From positions 9,114,001 through 9,178,000 of the forward strand of contig CP075494.1 of NCBI GenBank assembly GCA_021613535.1: a stretch of DNA of 64,000 nucleotides, in the 5' to 3' direction. Positions 28,977 through 42,692 of this stretch are shown in pieces (position 1 is the first letter of the stretch; each line of letters starts with the position of its first letter). The translations under genes and the position numbers were made by a program. This DNA comes from Adineta vaga. Taxonomy: Eukaryota; Animalia; Rotifera. Under the pieces are notes generated by a model. It searched no databases. It saw only the letters and a list, made by a program, of their open reading frames with translations, and was not told where the DNA came from.

Positions 28977-31565
28977 ATATTCAGTTTTCTTTTCTATTAG
29001 AATATATATATATATATATAAATACAAGTAGAATTTACATGTATGTTTAGTCAGGCAAAATCTTTCTCATATAATACATTGCAATTCTTATTGTTGTCTT
29101 CTTTTCTTCCTCATTTCCAGGAAAAATTCAGAAACAAGAATACTATTAAAGCATAATTTTATTTTACATCGCTGAATCGATTTCTATTCAAATGAAACTA
29201 AATGGCATACGGGTCATATATTAAGCATAAACTTTATTAATATACGGATGATTTTATATGAGTTTGCAATTCTAATGTAATCTATGGAGGAAAAACGAGT
29301 TGTTAATATTACTTTTTACCAATAGAAATGCTATGTAAATAAGTTCTTGAGTATTATGTAAAAAAGAATTTGCATTAATGAATGAAGGCGGATGAAAATA
29401 ATAAACTTCGGGAAAAAGTACAACTGCATGTAATGCCCTTGAATTTATCACGCGACCCAATCTTCTTAGAAGCTCTATTTCTTTAACAATGCTCATATCA
29501 GTAATCTAAAAATATTTTTTCGATATTTATCAGTTGAATCTCATTCGTTCTTCGGAAATTAAAAAAATATCTGATTTCTTCATAAATGTACCGAGATAAT
29601 CTATAAATGATATGTAAAATTTTGCAGAAAAGAATAAGCACTTTTATTATTCGAAATTAGATTCATAAAATAAGATAATGTTTACCAAATATCACGCATA
29701 ATACATTATTCAATAATTTTTTTCATGAATTTCAGGACTTGATGGAAATTCTATCCGAGGATTATTCTAAATATCAAATTTCTAGTCAGACAACAGAAAA
29801 ATCATTGACTTTGCATTGTACCTATTGAATAAAAATCAAGCGAAGGATTGCTGATTTAAATAGAGCATGGTGGATGGTTATGTAAGATTTCCTAATCTTC
29901 ATGGATTTTGAACGTGAAAGTATTAGTTAAATCGGAAATGAAATTTCTATTCTCATTATCTAGAGAGATATTGAGTCGATTCATCCGTTTCTTTATCAAA
30001 GTGAAATCATTTGATCAAAAATACGGAAATGAAAATCACCAAAAATAATAATATCTCTGACGTCATTCGAAAGTACTTGTGTTTTCAGACGATAGTATTA
30101 ATTATCTTCCAAAAATAAAACGTCTTTTGTTCAATTTCATTCATTCATTTCTGAACAATGTATTATCTTAATTGAATCATATTGAGTCTAACTTATGAAA
30201 AAAACATTCTTTAGAAGATATAAATTAAAAATGAAACTCATTGTATTTTAAATAGATAACGTCATAAAGATCACGAGTATTTATTCAAAGTTATATGGTA
30301 TAATCATTGATTGAATTTAAATTAGGAAACTAAAAGAAATATATTTTTGGTTTTATTTAGACTCATAATATCATACTGATACAATCTGAACTAAAAACTA
30401 GACAATTTCCTTGTTTTATAAAACAAAACAGTATATTAATTCTTTTTTTGAAATCCAAAGATCATATTATAGAAATATTGTGATTAACTTTTTCGATATT
30501 TGATCTTTGTCTAACTTCAAAATGTATTATTAAATACATTTTTATTTCATCACGTTTTACGAACACGTTTGAGATGAAAGAGTAACATCTTACGATTATT
30601 TCGCTTTGAAATATTTTCAACACTAATTTTACAGTTAAACTTTTATAAGCTAGCTTTAAATGAAAGTATAGAATAGCAATGCAAAATTTTGACTACCAAA
30701 AGTAAAGATAGAAAAGTGTTTGTAATACTTCTATAAATAAAAAGAACAACAAATATGTTTCTTCAACTGTCAAGTCCATTGAAATATGTCAACAAAATAA
30801 AATTCCTTTATGACTACCAGTAACAGATATTACTTTTCATGATCAGACAAAATTATTTTTATCCCATATGATATTAATAGACATTTCTTATTTACTTTGA
30901 ATATTTGAATAATTACCAGTAGTTTTTATATATAATCATTTGATTTCTTATAATGCAAAGTATCACATACAGATCATCTAAATATAGTACATGATCATAA
31001 GTAGATACTACTGTACAAATACAAGCAATATTGCTAACTATTCTCATGATGCCGATCCACAAAAGATAACTTGTATATTTGAGGAAAAAACTATTCTTAT
31101 CGAAAACATATTTAGTAAAGAAATAACAACAGAGTATATGACTGAAACAAAAAATACTCATTTTTAGCATTCTTGAAATTTCAGTGAATATGTACAAGGT
31201 CTTCTGTAGTTGAATAGTCCATGAAAAGATATGTATGTTAAAAACGGCGATATATAAACGATATTTCTATAAAATGACATCTTGATAGAATACTTTGTAT
31301 ATTCACAGCAGACGAAAAATGCACATTACAATCTTGAGTATCTCGGCATATGTTTGCACTAATGATCGAGAGGCAAATATCTGTTAGAATTATATTTATA
31401 AATTCTTGATAATACCTTTTTTATTTGTCTTTAGTAAACACAAATATGCAGGATATGAATATGAATAACAACAACTAGAACAAAACTGTACAAAAAAAGC
31501 ACTGTTATTTGTAAAAGAGAAAAAGAAGCCCATTTTCTATATACATTGTTTTGGAAAACAAATTT

Positions 31566-34500
31566 TTAATCAGAAGGAGCTGAAGGAGGAAGGGTGGTAG
31601 TTGCCGTTCGTTTTGAGGCCGCTGATTGTGGAGTCCAGTATTGATTCAACATCGTGACCGCATCACATTGAACACTGAAGGATTTTATCGGTACTTGAGT
31701 GAATTTTTTTGAACCATTATTATATTTATAGAAGTTTTCTACCATTGATTCCGTAATTTCACGTGGGCCTTGACCACATAAACGTTCAATCCGTGTTGGA
31801 ATATCTGATGTTGGCGTCGGTATAAATGTATAGATACCACGAAATTGCAAACGTGAATCGCGAAATAGAATAACGAAATGTTTAATCTTTTCTGTATTAC
31901 GTTCGATTTCTTCGCAAACTTGTTCACGAACACGATCATTAACACGACCGGCCAATATAGCTTGGGTCAAGGCATTGATAATAGTCTGTTTATTACTTTT
32001 ACCTGAAAGAGGTTTAGCTAATGGATAACGTGGTTCAGCTACTGGAATGGATGGAATTGAAGGTTCTGTTGTTGAACGTGCAGAGGGTCGAGGTAATGTA
32101 CGTGAATCAATTTTAACGCGTGGAGTTGACGGTTTAGTAGAGCGTAGATCATTCATTTGAATGAATGTGAATGGAGTATTGATAGTTTCGTTAAGGTTGG
32201 TAGTATTAAACATATCTACTGTTGAATTCCCATCAACTGGTGTACCAAATGTAGAAATTACTATTGGACCTAAGAAAACAAAATCAATTTAAAGATAAGA
32301 ACAGCTGATTTTTATTATATTATAATTCGTTTCTCTTCTTATTTTATTTATCCTTGAAGCATCATACTATGTAATCATGTTTCCTGTCTCATGCATCTAT
32401 ACAATATTCAATCAATCATTCGTTGATAAAGAATTAGATTATGTCCACTTTAGCTTAATGAAACAAGTTCAGTTTCATTGTAATTAGAACAAAAGATCTA
32501 TTCATAGTTGTTTCATATAAATAATGTATTTGAGTACAGTTTTGAAGCATTATTATCTACTCTATCGTGGATATGTTACTTGTTATCAATTAAGTAAAAG
32601 AGATAGTAAGAAATATATTTAGTGTAAACTTTCAAATTCTAGATAAATCAAAGTTATAATGGATTAGTTCATATCTCTCTTCTCTTAATCCGATGAAAGG
32701 TTATATCACTTCAATAGAATATTGATAATGTTGCCTTCAAGCAATATTAACGAATATTAGTCATATGAGAGACTATCTATACATTTTCATTACTACTTCA
32801 ATTATCTACTAACAATATGCATTCACCTTCTATAGATTATGTAGTAACTTAACAAAATGAATACGAATCAAATTACTTAACATAGAAATGACATATCAAA
32901 TGGAAGAAGGCGGAGACAAAAATTACGTAATAACTGTCAATGAAACAAATTTCATAGGCATAAGAAATCAAGAATTCCATTTGTAGAGATCATATTTCAC
33001 TAACTATTCGAAATAATTGAATCGGAAGATGTAAGTTAGTCTATCAACTAGAATTATTTCTTCATCGAAAACTGTTATGAATGGTACAGAAATGTAAAAA
33101 AAAAAGATCTTACCGGTTTGTCGTCTTTCAATTGGTGGTTTTGGAATTGTTGAACTCTTTGGTCTCATTTTAATGATAGGGTGTTCACCATTAGTATGAT
33201 CGTTACTATTCGATGATTGTCTGTCTTTTTTCATCAGATATTGCTTATAGATTTCATCACGTCTTTGTTCTCGTTCGATTTTCTTAGTAGATTCTTCATG
33301 ATCTTTTCTTCTTCGTTCATCATCACGTTTTAAATTTTCAATTTCTCTCATTTGTCGACGTCGTTCAGATGCCTCTAGTCGTTCTTGTTGTTTTTGAAGG
33401 ACTAATTCACGTTTACGTTCCATTTCAAGCGCCATCGATGCTGATGGATCATCGACATACTCAAGAACTAGACCATTTGTTCTGTCTGGTTTTTCACTTG
33501 TAGAAGGCTCTTCAGTTTGTTCACGTATTAACGAAGCCGATAATCGTCGAGGAAATGTCATTGATTTAGTTGAAAATGTCGGATTACGAGATACATTTCC
33601 ACCATTAGCATGAACTGCTTGATTATGTATTTCTTCCTGTTTTACAGATAGACTTGTTAAAACCTAATAATAAGAAAACGATCAATGTTGAGATTATGAG
33701 AAAATTTAATACATTTAAATTTATACAGAAACATGATTAATTATACGAGTTCATGAGATGGAAGATTAACAGATGAAATTAATAACAGACAGAAGACTTA
33801 TAACTGTGAACTCTCGAGAGAATAGATGGAAAAATTTTTTTCTTCAATACACTAATCCTTGAGGGAATATAGAGAAAAGGATGAAATCATATTTGTTTCT
33901 GTTTTCTTATTGTTATTTTAGATCAATTAAAACAACAAGAATTACGAACGAGAGTACATATCCTGCGGCAGTCATATAAAATAATATGACATTTATTTTC
34001 GACAAACAGAACCTTTCAAGTCAAGATATATGGAATTGAATGAACTCTAAGCAATACGACCCTTATATCTTACTAACAAATATTTCTGTAAGAATGTTAC
34101 TGATCATAAATTATTACTACAGATGAACTATAACAATTGATATAATCATTACTTGCTGCAATTCACCAATATTTGAATTAAGTTGTTCAATTCGATGACT
34201 TTCATCATTTCGATTTTCTTCAACAATAGTAGCTGGTGTTGTTTCCAAATATTTCTGTTTTAATATCTCAAGTGTATTTAAAAAATCATCACGTGTCATT
34301 GGCTTTGATAGATCTATAATTGATGTGTCTTCTTTTTTCGATTCGACTAGAGTCGGTTGTTGTTGTTGTTGTAATGAAGGTGTATTTGCTTGTGAACGAA
34401 ATTCAGATGTTGTTTGAGATTTTCGAATTTGATTATTACTGTTATTGTTCGATTGTGGCGAAGATAAGAATTCACTTGCTAAAGCTGATGTATTTCGTGT

Positions 34501-36169
34501 TTTTTGTTGTAATAATTGTTTAAATGCTTCTTGACTGATTGTTTGACGTTTATTATCGCGCATCGATTCTAGACGTTGTTTATCACGCTCAATCGAACGT
34601 TTTTTCATTTCTAGTTGCATTTTAACAGCAAGATATTCACTTGTTAATTGATGATCATCAACAGGAGTCGTTCCAATCGTACGAGTAGTATTCATTGGAG
34701 TTGTTTGGTTTGATAATGCTTGTCGTTGCCATGTTGTTGTTGTGGACATAAAAGTAGTCTTTTTTGGAGATGTATTCGTAATTGTAGATGAAGATACAGA
34801 ATTTTTTAAACTACTTTTTATCGGAGCAATCTAAACAAAAGAAAGTTCAATAGCTTTGATCTTTTGTACTGTTTTATTTTTAGATTCAATAAAGAAATCC
34901 TTCAAAATTTACTATCAATTAAATCTATATACCTATGGCTGCTTATATCAAGGCTTCACTTCATTACTACTAGACAGTTTTGCTTGTTATTAACAAATGA
35001 ATGAAATTCTGGAAATCATTATATACTGTTTCTTTAACAATGACCTTTGAGATGAGCTAAATCTTTCTTAATCGTTTGAACGGGTTGATTCAAGATGATG
35101 ATGAAGGTTTTCCTATTAATCCTCTTTTGTCTTATTTCCTTACCGTTTGTCTCTCGTGATTCGTGCTTGCTTGTAAAACTCCACCGGTAGATATTTGCTC
35201 ATGATTATCATTATTTAAAATAAAGAATTCATTTATATCATCCTCATTATCATCACCATTGATCGAATATGTTTGATTCGATTTAATTGTACATAGATTT
35301 TCTTCATCTTCATTATCATCAATATTAATTGGAGAATGTTTTTTATCGAAATTTTCTTCAATTTCATATAAAACAAATAAATCCACTAACATTGCTTGAA
35401 GATTTATATCAGGAATGAGATTTTCACGAAGATTTCTTACTGTAAATGGAAATATATTTGTCATTTTACTTCCATGATAATGATTAAGATAATTTCTTAA
35501 TGAATTTAAATCATTTTTGATTTGATATTCTTTATCATAATAAGACATAAGAGCATGTAAACATGTTCCATCAATTAAAGCCGTACGTAAATCAATAACT
35601 GGTGGAATACGTTGTGACAATTGAGTCGCCATATATTCACATATACCATTTAACCAGATAATTAAAAGAGATTCAATATTTAAATGTGTAGATTTATTTA
35701 ATACAGATAAAACATTTTGTAATTGAAGATGTTCGAAACGTTGACAAAGAAGATCTTTATCGAGAACACATTGAAAATAAACTTTCATTAAATTATCAAT
35801 AAGTTCAAGATGAACATGAGCATTTAATGGATCATCTTGTTTTAAAAGATCAATATCAACAATGATATTTCGTATATAAAAATAATGAATTAAATCTTCA
35901 TAGGTTATTAATTGATCTTGTTGATTTGTAATATATTGAAATGCACGTATGTATAAATCACCTGATAATAAAACAAGAGCGATATCAGGTGAAAGAAATC
36001 GTTCGTTATTTTCATTTTGAAAGAAATGTTCACTTGGTAAATAATCGGGAATGGTACCATGAGGATATGCTTTACTAATTAACCAACGTAATGAACAACT
36101 CAGACGAGATTCATTTTCATCTTCATCATCACTGAAGATATCACACGGTTCATTATTAATCGATTGCAT
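31566..36169 (-). CDS. CAMSAP: CAMSAP/Patronin microtubule minus-end protein; exons 36169-35144, 34830-34153, 33663-33114, 32269-31566
   Basis: N-terminal SLRWLISKAY with a CH-like domain, KKTTF, coiled coils (KMQLEMKKRSIE; RRDEIYKQY), C-terminal CKK domain KSNKQTIINAL...HFVILFRD...FYKYN. Confidence 0.93.
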
Positions 36170-37646
36170 TTTGTTTTCGAAAATGAATAATCATTAAGCG
36201 ATTGATTTGTTTCTCGCTCCTTAGATGCGTGGTCTGGCAACATAAAGCATAAAAATATATACGAATCAGTGCTTTTATGCATTTTTACCAGCGACATCTG
36301 CTTGTGTTTTCGAAGGTCAAAATATTGATTTTCTTTCAAAAATTTGCACTTAAGTATGTGATTGAAAAGAATTGATGTTTTATTTTTGTTTAAAATGCGT
36401 ATTATAGGAAAGATGGCGGTATAGGATTGTGTGTTACGAAGTAAACAGCAGGTGTACAAAACAAAAATCTAATGTAATGAGCATCTGTGACCAATGGTGC
36501 ACCCTAGGAATTTAAGGCAGGAGGCTACAGTATGTCGATGAAATGAACGTCTGTATCTGTACTGTCTATGATGACTTAATATGAAAATGTGCAATTATTG
36601 ACCTCTCTTTTTTTCTCTTGTATAATATACTAGAGATGTTAGTGATCTGAAAGTTGAATCTGTGTATGCAAAGTAAATTTTATGTCATTAGAAATATGAG
36701 TTACTTCTATGAAGAATTTGAATAATGGCAGAGTCATTAGAGAAACTAATCATTCATCAAAAGATATAACGATATTCATTTTATCTTCACTGTACGAAGT
36801 ACAGAATAAAGAAAACTTTATTTTTTAGAACATAATATTTCTTTGGGATAAAAGTCAAAAGTTATGTCGATACACTACAGTTGACAGATGTTGCATTTGT
36901 ATATATATGTGTATAGAGCGAGAGAGCGAGTGATGACCTTGTAAGAGCGTCATCTCAATTGAATAAACATTTTTGATATACGATGTTTTTATAAGGATAA
37001 TCTAATTTAGTTTTCCGTTCCATGACATACATTGTATTGAATGAAATTACTGATTGTGGAAAATGTTGAGAAAAGATTTACATAAAGTGAGCAGTACATG
37101 AGATTTCACTAATGATTTGTTAATAAACTTATCGCAAACAATGAGCAATACCAAATCAGTTTCATAAGCTAATAACTATTTATTTTTTTACAAAGTGTAT
37201 TTATTCTGAGCAGATGTACTACATATTTCCAATGCTAGTTATAATTGTCGAAAGAGGTCTATAATGTATTTTATTTAATATACTATCAGGGAAAGGGACA
37301 AATAGTCAGTTATTTGTTCATATGAATTCATTCGTTCGTTCGTTTGTCTTTGTGCAAGGTACGAAAACATCGTATTATTTCATGATTGCATGATTGGTTC
37401 TAGAAATCGTCATCATAAGCGACATTTCATTGAATTTCTCAATCATCAACTATTTCTCAAAGGAAATTGTTTTTATATTTAAAAAAATATGTTGCCGACG
37501 AATGACAAAATAGAGAGTATAAATTTTTCTTTTCCTGTATAAACGAAATTCCATTGGTGATTAATTTCGATCAATGATGATCCATGTCTTTGTGTGTAGA
37601 TATATATTGTTTGAACGTTCATTACATCTTTGTTGAAGAAAAAGGA

Positions 37647-38989
37647 ATGGCTCAAGCTTGTTTAACTCAATATTTTACGCCGAAACGATCAAGACATTCT
37701 TCAACCATTCTCGCTAATGGTGATTCAATTAAATCACAAAAACGAAAATTAAAACTCGAAGATGAAAATAATGAAAATGTTTGTTCATCATCAAGCAAAA
37801 AACGACGAATTAGTAAAATAAAGCAATTCTATCAAACATTAGATTATTTTCTCTATATTTTTTAGGTCCATCAAAACCAACTGATGGTTATTTACAGGGT
37901 TGTGATTTAGATCAAATTGATAAATGTATGTAATGATGAAATAAATAACATCGAACTTCAATATTTCCTTTGTATTTATAGTACCATTATCAAGAAAAAA
38001 TCGTAATGATGATGCGAAAGATGAGAAAAAAGTGAAAACATTCGAACGACAGAAACAATGTGTAACTAAAGTAGCCGATATCAATGAATTAAGAAAACAT
38101 CTAAAAGCTGTTCGAACTCATATTGATGAAGTTAAACAGCAACGACAGACGGCGACAACGCCATTAAATGAAAATGAAAATCAGATTAAGTAAGTGACTA
38201 ATTTTGCTAAATGCCATATGTTATTTATTTCCATTCGTTTAGAACAAAGTTCATTCCGGCTCATGAACGTTTTGCTCATCTTCTTGCTGAAAAACCTTCA
38301 ATAAATGAATCATCATCTACACCGATTAAAAATATTGCTTCACCTGCCGATATTCGTCGATATGTTCAAGTGACTGAAAATGAACGAGTATGTTCTCATA
38401 TGATCCACAATAAACTAATTTTTTCTCTTGTTAGTTAAAAAAAGTTTTAGCTAAAGTTGAACCATCAGTTGTTGAATCGTTACCAACTACACCATCGAAA
38501 CGTATTACTGGTGTCAGTAATCGTCTACTTGAACAAATACGTTTAAAAGAAGAATCACGTACACAATTAATATCTCTTGAAAATACCGGTATTGTTCAAA
38601 ATGAAAAACAACGTTCGAAAACCTATGAAATGTTTCATCGCATGCGAGAATCAATCGAAATAATTGATCAATTGTTTACTACGGAACGTCAAGTTGCTTT
38701 AGAATATGATCGCATTCATCACAAACTTGTTGAATTACATTCTTGTCGATATAATGACGGTTTGATCAAATTTCATGATCGATTCAAATCTATTTCTTTT
38801 CTTTTCATTGTAGATCAAGCTAATGAAATGTTAGATTTCATTGTAAAATCGATGGAAGAATGTCGACCTGGTTATTTGATTTCATTAAAATTACGAAATA
38901 AACAATACATCAAAATGAATCGAACGAAACTAACAATGACTCAATTGAATGAATATCTTGATAAAAAGTTGATCGAATTCGGCGAATAA
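37647..38989 (+). CDS. CDT1: DNA replication licensing factor Cdt1-like, shortened (~346 aa, 6 exons)
   Basis: N-terminal PIP-degron-like MAQACLTQYFTPKR, PAHERFAHL (cf. PAYQRFHAL), GVSNRLLEQIRLKE (cf. GVSQDLLERIRAKE), C-terminal winged-helix-like region ending YIKMNR. Confidence 0.8.
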
Positions 38990-39224
38990 TTGCTTCTATT
39001 TTGTTTCTCTATTCCCTCTCCCCCCATATTATATCTTGTTATTCTTGTAGAGAATATAGTTGAACTATTTTTTTTGTTTACTTTATTTTTCTTTTCTCTT
39101 TTGTAAATTGCTCATAACATGTTATATGTATGAAATACTTTGAAAAAAAACCAATGAATACTTTGTCTATGAAAAATAAAATTATTTTCTTGTTTATTGC
39201 AGATTGAATTCATTTCACAATACG

Positions 39225-40947
39225 ATGGTTTTACTTAAAGAAGTTCGAGAAGGAATTTGGGGTAAGGCACACCGAATAGCAGCGAATAAACATTACTATT
39301 CATGAATAATAGGTCTTAGTTTTGGACCCAGCAACACATCTGAAGTTGCTATTGATAATCCAGTTCGTTTAACAATGGCTGCACTTGAAATCGATGATGG
39401 TAAAAGAAAATAACATTCTTCATCTAAATTTAACTGATTTTAATTTCAAAAATTGAAGATAGCGGAACTGCGAAAAATGGAATTACTCGAGTAACGATTA
39501 AATCAGGTACAGCTGATAAAGGACCACCAACAGATTTGATTCTATGCAATTTACAGTATCCATCGTGCCTTCAACAACCACTTGATATTGAATTCTATGA
39601 AGGACAAACATTAACATTTGGCGTAAAAGGACCACGTAAATATTTTCGAGATTAGAAAAATCACATAATGATAATTTACAATTCTTTTTTCACTAGATAA
39701 AGTACATCTCACTGGTTATATTCTTCAATCAGAACCACACGAAAGTAAGAAACTATTGTAAAAGAAAACATTTCTATATTCCTTTTCTATCAGTGTGTGA
39801 GGAAGGTCATATGCATGGTGGTGGAAAACATGGTATTTTTGAAACAGCCGACGATTCAGATAGTGAAGATGACGATGATGACGAAGAAGACGACGATGAT
39901 GAAAGTGATGACGATGATGAGGATGTTCTAAACAAGTTTAAATTATCTCGACGTCATAAATTACGTGATGATGAAGTAAATTGAAGAAACATACATTCGT
40001 CTATTTGATTCATGAAATGTTGCTTTAGGATCAAGATTTAGAAGATGATTATGAAGATGGCTATGTTGAAGGAGAGGATCAATTGAGTTCAGATACATCT
40101 GCATCATCTGATTCAGATGATGATGCACAACCAAAAGCATCTGCATCAGCTGAAAAGGGTAAAAAACGTGTACGATCAGAATCGAATGGTCATCCAAAAA
40201 AGCAAGTAAGACAATAATTTAATGAATAGATATCTTTTCAAATGAATACATTTTAAGGAACCAAAAGCAAAGAAGAATAAAAATGTAAAAGAAGAACCAA
40301 TGACACCAAATGATGCTGAATCCAAAAAAGCAAAAAAATTAGTGCGTAATCGAATTCATAAATAAGATATAACGAATATGATTGATTTGTTTAGCCAAAG
40401 AAAGCAGCATCGAATGATACGCCTACTGCTGCTACTAGTACAACTACTGATACGAAAAAGAAATCTAATTCATTAGAAATCAATGATCTTCGAGTTGGTA
40501 CTGGACCCGAAGCTAAACTTGGCAAAACAGTATGTTGTTCATAAGAATAACTTTTTCTTCTTACAATATGGATTGTTCTCTAGGTAGCTGTTTATTATAC
40601 CGGTCGACTTCAAAGTAATAATAAAACATTTGATTCATGTACTAGTGGTAAACCGTAAGTATCCTTCACCGATAACGAGAACAGAAATTTCATAGTTTCT
40701 TCCTCTTAGATTTCGATTTCGGCTTGGTGCTGGTGAAGTAATCCGTGGATGGGATCAAGGTGTTAAAGGTAGGAAATGAAAATTATTAAATAAAACTTTT
40801 TCTAATGAATAAAACATAGGAATGCATGTTGGTGGTAAACGACGATTAACAATTCCACCATCATTAGCGTATGGCAGTCAAAAATTACCGGATATTCCAG
40901 CTAATTCAACACTTGTATTTGATGTTGAAGTCAAAAATGTTTTTTAA
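39225..40947 (+). CDS. Nucleoplasmin-like FKBP peptidyl-prolyl isomerase (FKBP39/Fpr3-4 type)
   Basis: N-terminal NPL domain (RLTMAAL...VHLTGY), acidic and basic tracts, FKBP domain VYYTGRL...FDS...[18 protein letters not shown]...IPPSLAYG...[13 protein letters not shown]. Confidence 0.94.
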
Positions 40948-41399
40948 GAAAAACAAACCATTTGACAATGTTATAGTGAAAAAGAATAAAAAAGAATTTT
41001 TGTGTTTTTCTAATATGTTAAAGAAAATAGTATTTCTCGTTGCCATACAAAAATAATAAAAAAAAAAAGAAAGAAACAATGTTGTTAGAAAATTATGTCT
41101 ACTTTCCTTAGATTTTGAATGAATACTATAATTGTCTGGTCTTATCAGATAAATATCCAGTATAGAACACATGTGAAGAATTGCTCTGAATTCAGAAGCG
41201 AAGAATTTTTTCAATTAATTATCAACAAGATTGGCCCTAGAGAACAATAATAATAATAAAAATATTGCTTTCACACAAAGACAGAAATGGTTTTTTATAG
41301 AGTATTCTGTAGTTAGTCAACCGTAGCAGTCTATCATAATTTTCTTTTATTTCATGAGTATGGTTATGTTTATTTATCGATCAAAACAACAAACGTAGT

Positions 41400-42552
41400 T
41401 AATTTGTACGGATGATGAGGCAACAGAAGACGAACTTTTTATTTGAGAAGAAAATATTAATTTTACATAGTAAAAAGTAAGCAATTAAAGTCGACGATTC
41501 GACATTTTGGATGTCACTGTCAAGATTGATGTTCTCAATAGTAGAGAGAAAGAGAATATATGTATATACAGCCCCTGTCAAAATTATAGACCCCCCCCCC
41601 CCTTTGTGAATGTTTTTTTTCCTATGAAAACAAATAGCTAGATTAAATGTAAATAGTGATTTCGATAGTTCTCAAAGTTCTCTATCGCTTGCAGCATATT
41701 GTAGATTTTCAACGTTAACTTCGTTGTGTATTATTTTTCAAAATACGGAAAGCCCCATTCTTGTCCCTTCAAAAGGGTTGTTAGATACTTTTTTTTTAAC
41801 ATAATAACCAGCGGATAGAGCTCAAAATTCTGAGCAAAATAAGTGGTTACGCGACTCTGGGTCGCTTTCCAGTGAAAAGTTATGACAATAGGAAAAGTCG
41901 AAAAAAGTCGAAAAATGACAAAATATCGTGAAAATCAGCTGAGAACACGATTTTTTCGACTTTTCCTATTGTCATAACTTTTCACTGGAGAGCGACTCAA
42001 AGTCGCGGAATCACTTATTTTGCTCAGAATTTTGAAAAAAATTACACAAAAAAGTTAACGTTGAAAATCTACAACATGCTGCAAGCGATAGAGAACTTCG
42101 AGAGCTATCGAAATCACTATTTACATTTGATCCCGCTATTCGTTTTTATAGAAAAAAACACTCACAAGGGGGCCTATAATTTTGACAGGAGCTGTATATA
42201 TATGCATGTGTCTTTAATAACAAAAACTATTGGTTATCATTATATGCAATAGAATAAACTGGTAGCACCACACCATTATCGGCTAGACTAGAATAGTTAA
42301 ATATGGATGTTTCCAGTCTATTCCATTGAATGTAATGGTAACCAATAGTTTTCGTTATTAAAGACACTTGCTTATCTATCTATCTATCTATATATATTCC
42401 CGTTCTTTCTACTATTGACAACATCAATCTTGACAGTGACATCCAAAATGTCGAATCATCGACTTTAATTGCTTACTTTTTACTATCTAAAATTAATATT
42501 TTCTTCTCAAATAACAAGTTCGGCTTCTGTTATGTCAGTATCTGACAAATTG
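41400..42552. repeat. Outer foldback/palindrome; arms ~41400-41566 plus ~42200-42260 pair with ~42313-42552
   Basis: 41413-41560 is a close reverse complement of 42395-42535 (e.g. CGACATTTTGGATGTCACTGTCAAGATTGATGTT); 42204-42261 pairs with 42313-42371 around a ~50-nt spacer. Confidence 0.92.
41569..42194. mobile_element. Non-autonomous Tc1/mariner-type MITE (626 bp, almost fully palindromic)
   Basis: TA|CAGCCCCTGTCAAAATTATAG ... CTATAATTTTGACAGGAGCTG|TA; TA target duplication, CAG termini, long inverted arms, no transposase ORF. Confidence 0.9.
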
Positions 42553-42692
42553 CCAATTATGCCCATTACCAAAACGAACTAAAGTACTTAATCTATAAAT
42601 AAATTATTTGTATCTTTTTATTCAATAGTATCTTCTTCAAACAATTGTAATCAATCATATCTACGTAGTAAATAACAAGAATCATCTAACTA

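Noticed and set aside
29000-31500. Long AT-rich intergenic region checked for transposons and RNA genes
   Set aside because: No terminal repeats, credible ORF or recognisable RNA structure could be seen by eye. A covariance-model search would be needed to exclude ncRNA.
36100-36459. 119-aa minus-strand ORF overlapping the CAMSAP start, plus many other 60-130 aa ORFs
   Set aside because: These are alternative-frame, antisense or low-complexity AT-rich ORFs without recognisable motifs.
41411-41436. Hammerhead-like string ATGATGAG...CGAAC at the palindrome edge (Penelope/Terminon-type ribozyme?)
   Set aside because: The core lacks CTGANGA and GAAA, there is no convincing stem II, and the opposite arm does not preserve it.
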